A stretch of DNA of 62,108 bases, filler included, from Pirum gemmata (taxonomy: Eukaryota), in the NCBI GenBank assembly GCA_002812295.1. It is 25 parts of 25 records of this genome, joined end to end, with 100 filler letters (N's around TTAATTAATTAA, not from the genome) between each part and the next. Parts side by side here need not be neighbours in the genome. Positions count along the whole stretch, not along the records: positions 57,288 to 59,661 come from PDIN01006775.1; positions 59,762 to 62,108 come from PDIN01006776.1; 23 more parts are not named here. One strand, written 5' to 3'. Positions 58,407 through 62,108 of the stretch are shown in pieces; the stretch's first letter is position 1; the number at the start of each line of letters is the position of its first letter. The position numbers and the translations under genes were made by a program. Below the pieces are notes generated by a model. The model worked only from the letters and a program-made list of their open reading frames with translations, was not told where the DNA came from and did no database searches.

Positions 58407-59184
58407 CAGGGAGATACGGGAAAACATAATCGAATCAAACATCTCGATCCTAACTATTAAATAGTGACAATTTTGAAATAATATTCTTTTTTTTTCGAGT
58501 TTCAAGTTTTTTCTATGAAATGTTTAAGAATTTTTAAGAATTTTTTAATGAAATGAAAAGCGAGTCAATACTTAAAATTAGATCGAAAAATTTCAAAATT
58601 TTCTAACTAGTCTCGATTCGATGGTTTTTCTCGCATCTCCCAGTAGAAAAATTATTATTAAAAAGTATGGTAAGCAATAGGAGATACGGGAAAACATAAT
58701 CGAATCAAACAGCCCGAACCTAATTATCAAATAGTGTCAATTCGGAAATAATATTTTTTTCGAGTTTCAAGTTTTTTCTATGAAATTTCTAAGAATTTTT
58801 AAGAATTCTTTAATGAAATCTAAAGTGAGTCAATACTTAAAATTAGATCAAAAAATTTCGAAATTTTCGAACTAGTCTCGATTCGATGGTTTTTCCCAAA
58901 TATCCATGATTATTTATCGCAATGTGATTAGTGTTGTTTGTATTGTTACTGGGAGAAACGGGAAAACATAATCGAATCAAACAGTTCGGTTCCAATTATT
59001 AAAAAGTGACAATTTTGAAATGATATTCTTTTTTTTTTTGAGTTCCAAGTTTTTTCTATGAAATTTCTAAGAATTTTTAAGAATTTTTTAATGAAATCAA
59101 AATTGAGTCAATACATAAAAATAGATCGAAAAATTTCGAAATTTTCGATCTAGTCTTGATTCGATGGTTTTTCCCACATCTCCC
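58407..59184 (+). mobile_element. MITE family E (~235 bp, TIR CTGGGAGATACGGGAAAACATAATCGAATC): three clustered copies (58407-58643, 58680-58906, 58949-59184); others at 47678-47914 and 60372-60530(-)
   Basis: Each copy starts GGGAGATACGGGAAAACATAATCGAATC and ends GATTCGATGGTTTTTCCC.CATCTCCC; TA flanks at the best-preserved ends. Confidence 0.9.
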
Positions 59185-61525
59185 AAACTATAATAATAGC
59201 ACAAAGGGTAATGACTATAGATTACTTTATTGAATTTTTTAATAATCTGAGGTATGTGACTGCGCAAAAAAAATTGAAAGAGTGTAGCTCGAATTTTTTC
59301 GAACGAGTGACCGAAGCTGCGAACGAGTGACCGAAGCTGCGAACGAGTGACCGAAGCTGCGAACGAAGTTCAAAGCGAAAGGAAGGAGTAAGAAAAAAGA
59401 GCGAGTAAACGAATACTCTTGATTAGATTTTTACGCATAAATTGCGCACATGTCCTTCTCATTCGTTTTTTAATAACTCTTGATTAAAAAAAATAACCAT
59501 AATTATTAATTATAAACCGAAAAAAAGTTTTTTAACTGTCCTCGGCAAAAAATGTGAGAGGGTAGATCTTTTATTAAATAAAAAAAAATCGCATGATGTA
59601 TTTCTGGCTCGGTTACTTCATTGGGGTTAATTAGTAATAAGTCAAGAACTTTAGTTTATAANNNNNNNNNNNNNNNNNNNNNNNNNNNNNNNNNNNNNNN
59701 NNNNNTTAATTAATTAANNNNNNNNNNNNNNNNNNNNNNNNNNNNNNNNNNNNNNNNNNNNTAATAATAGTAATAATAATAGTAATAATAATAATAATGA
59801 TGATGATAATGGTAATAATAATAAAAATAATGAAGAGTAATAAAGTATCATAATATCATATCACATTCTTATGTGTTTTTTTCAAACTAGCTAGTTAGAG
59901 AGTTAGTCTCGATTCTAAATATAACCTAGCTAGCTAGCTAGAGAGTCTAAACGTTGCAAACTTTTTTTCGTCACATCAAGGGGTAGGTAAGTAGGTGGTA
60001 TTTAACCGGAAATTAACGTCGAGGGGTAGATAGATATGGGTATTTAAAGCTGTATTTGACCGGAAATTGGCGTTACGTACAATAATAATATCATATATAT
60101 AATTAAAAAAGCCACTTTTTTTTTTAATATTCGAAATTTACAAACCTATTAAATATCTACTCCTTTTACTTATGTTCGAAAAACTGAACATGCTATGTGA
60201 AACTAAAAAGTTGGGCGTTTTTAATAACTTCGCTAAAAAGTTCGCTTCTTTCAAAAAAATTTCTTTTTGTGTCAAAGATCTAGCTAGTTCATTACGTCAT
60301 AATAATAGGAAAGTTTAAAATTTAGTACAAAAATGACGTAATTATTTGAACATTAAATTGTAAATTACCAAGAAAAAAACATCGAATCGAGTCTAGTTGG
60401 AAATTTCGAAATTTTTCGATCTAATTTTAAGTATTGAAATTTTATAAATAAAACTTGAAACTCGAAAAAAAAAAATGTCATTTCAAAATTGTCAAGCTGT
60501 TTGATTCGATTATGTTTTCCCATATCTCCCTACGTAATATATATAATATATTGGTGTGGTTAGAAAAATATTTTCTACCTTTGTGTAACCGTAGAGTGGG
60601 TGCTTGGAAAAGTCAACTTTTGGGCATGTGTTGATTCGCTATTTTTAATCCAACAAACGCACCACAAAATTCAAATAATACGTCACATCAAGGGGTAGGT
60701 AAGTAGGTGGTATTTGACCGGAAATTAACGTCGAGGGGTAGGTAGATAGGGGTATTTGAAGCTGTATTTGACGGGAAATTGGAGTGCACCCTAAACCAAA
60801 AAATTAGCCTTGCTCGATTTTATTGACTTTGATCCTAATTAGGTGAATTTTGACGGATTTTACCTATAAAAAGTAAATAGATAACTATATTTGATAACTG
60901 AAGCCCAGCTCGGTTTTAGTTCGAATTAGTTATAATATAAAAACGTCACTTATCGTTATATTTACGTCACAAATTCTATGATGACGTCACCATTCTTTTG
61001 AAGTGGACAACACGATAATGATAATTTAATACTTTTAAGAGGATGAGATGACGTCATTTTACTAATTGAAGGCTCTGGTACCAAAAGTTCGCCAAAAGGA
61101 AATTTTTGTGATTAAAATTACTTTAAATAGTATAATATCTACTATTAATAGAAGCTTTTAAAAATAGTAGCTACTATTTATAGCTATATAAGTTCTATTT
61201 ATGGTAACTGCGAAGTCGCGAATAGACCATATGCTGCTGATATGCATAATGGAATACAAACGTTTTTAAAAAAAACGTTTTATTGTTTTTTTAAAGACAA
61301 CTGGCAAGAACGCCAGTTGTCTTAAAAGCATTTAATTATATAAGTAATTACGTACGTACGTCGCACGTTTATTTCTTTACAATACAATAACCCTCATAAT
61401 TTTGAGTTTATTCGAAATATAATTAAATTTTGTTAAAAAATATTAGGGTTTATTATTATTAATGTTATTATTATTATCATAATTATGAGTGGTTTATTGC
61501 TGTATTATTTTTATTAATAATAATA

Positions 61526-61638
61526 ATGAGTCACAATAATGATAAAACAAGCCATTCTTATGTTAGGCTACCAAAAGGAAGAGGCGAAGCCAAGGATACC
61601 AAAATTTATATTGGTAATCTCGATCCACGTGTAACCGA
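61526..61638 (+). CDS. First exon of an RRM RNA-binding protein (RBM18-like RNP2 motif)
   Basis: ATG..MSHNNDKTSHSYVRLPKGRGEAKDTKIYIGNLDPRVT then a GTAAGT donor and a microsatellite-rich intron. Confidence 0.75.
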
Positions 61639-62108
61639 GTAAGTTGTCGTGTTCTTTATTGTTTTGTTTGTTTGTTTGTTTGTTTGTTTGTTTGTTTGTT
61701 TGTTTGTTTGTTTGTTTGTTTGTTTGTTTGCTGTTGTTGTTGTTGTTGTTTGCTTGTTGTTTTTCTGTTATTATTGTTTGCTGCTATTGCTTGTGTTTTG
61801 TGTTGTTTGTTGTTGTTTGTTGTTCCCGAGTTGCTGGTTGCTTGCTGGTTGCTGGTTGCTGGGTTGCTGGTTGTTTTGTTATTGGTGGTTGGTGGCTGGT
61901 GGTTGATGGTTGATGGTTGACGATCGGTGGTCGGTGGTTGTTGGTTGATGGTTGATGGTTAATAGTTGATGGCTGATGGTTGATGTTTATGGTTAATGGT
62001 TAATGGTTGATATTGATAGTTAATAGTTGGTAGTTGATTTTGTCGATTGTCGATTGTCGATTGTCGATTGTCGATTGTCGATTGTCGATTGTCGATTGTC
62101 GATTGTCG

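Noticed and set aside
57425..59184. CRISPR-like appearance of the 22-bp array and the repeat-spacer cluster
   Set aside because: The 22-bp units are contiguous with no unique spacers; the family E repeats are ~235-bp TIR elements also found dispersed; there are no cas genes and the context is eukaryotic.

Overview
AT-rich eukaryotic (protist-like) genomic DNA using the standard code and GT-AG introns. The window is not one locus: it is about 25 unrelated contigs, mostly ~2.35 kb, joined by an artificial 100-nt spacer (N44-TTAATTAATTAA-N44), so gene neighbourhood across spacers means nothing. Recognisable genes or fragments: a multi-exon retinoblastoma-related gene (N-terminal domain), a TGL/SDP1-type lipase N-terminus, a PAP2 lipid phosphate phosphatase, a GT17/MGAT3-like glycosyltransferase, an F-box/ankyrin protein, a Myb-repeat protein, a C2H2 zinc-finger protein, an RRM protein, an FG-repeat protein, a coiled-coil protein with a Bicaudal-D-like C-terminal motif, two GPI-anchor-type surface proteins and a CaaX-ending Cys/His repeat protein. 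The most notable elements are (1) a decayed Fanzor2/TnpB-type RNA-guided nuclease gene at about 15850-16935, split over several frames and cut just before RuvC-III by a repeat insertion, and (2) an intact 688-aa P-type H+-ATPase ORF lacking its catalytic residues and N-domain. Non-coding DNA is dense in MITE families (one nested insertion has a demonstrable TTA target duplication), fold-back palindromes, a tRNA-derived SINE candidate, TA-xxx-TA footprint-like tracts and introns filled with TTAGGG-like hexamers. All family assignments come from motif recognition by eye; no database search was run.
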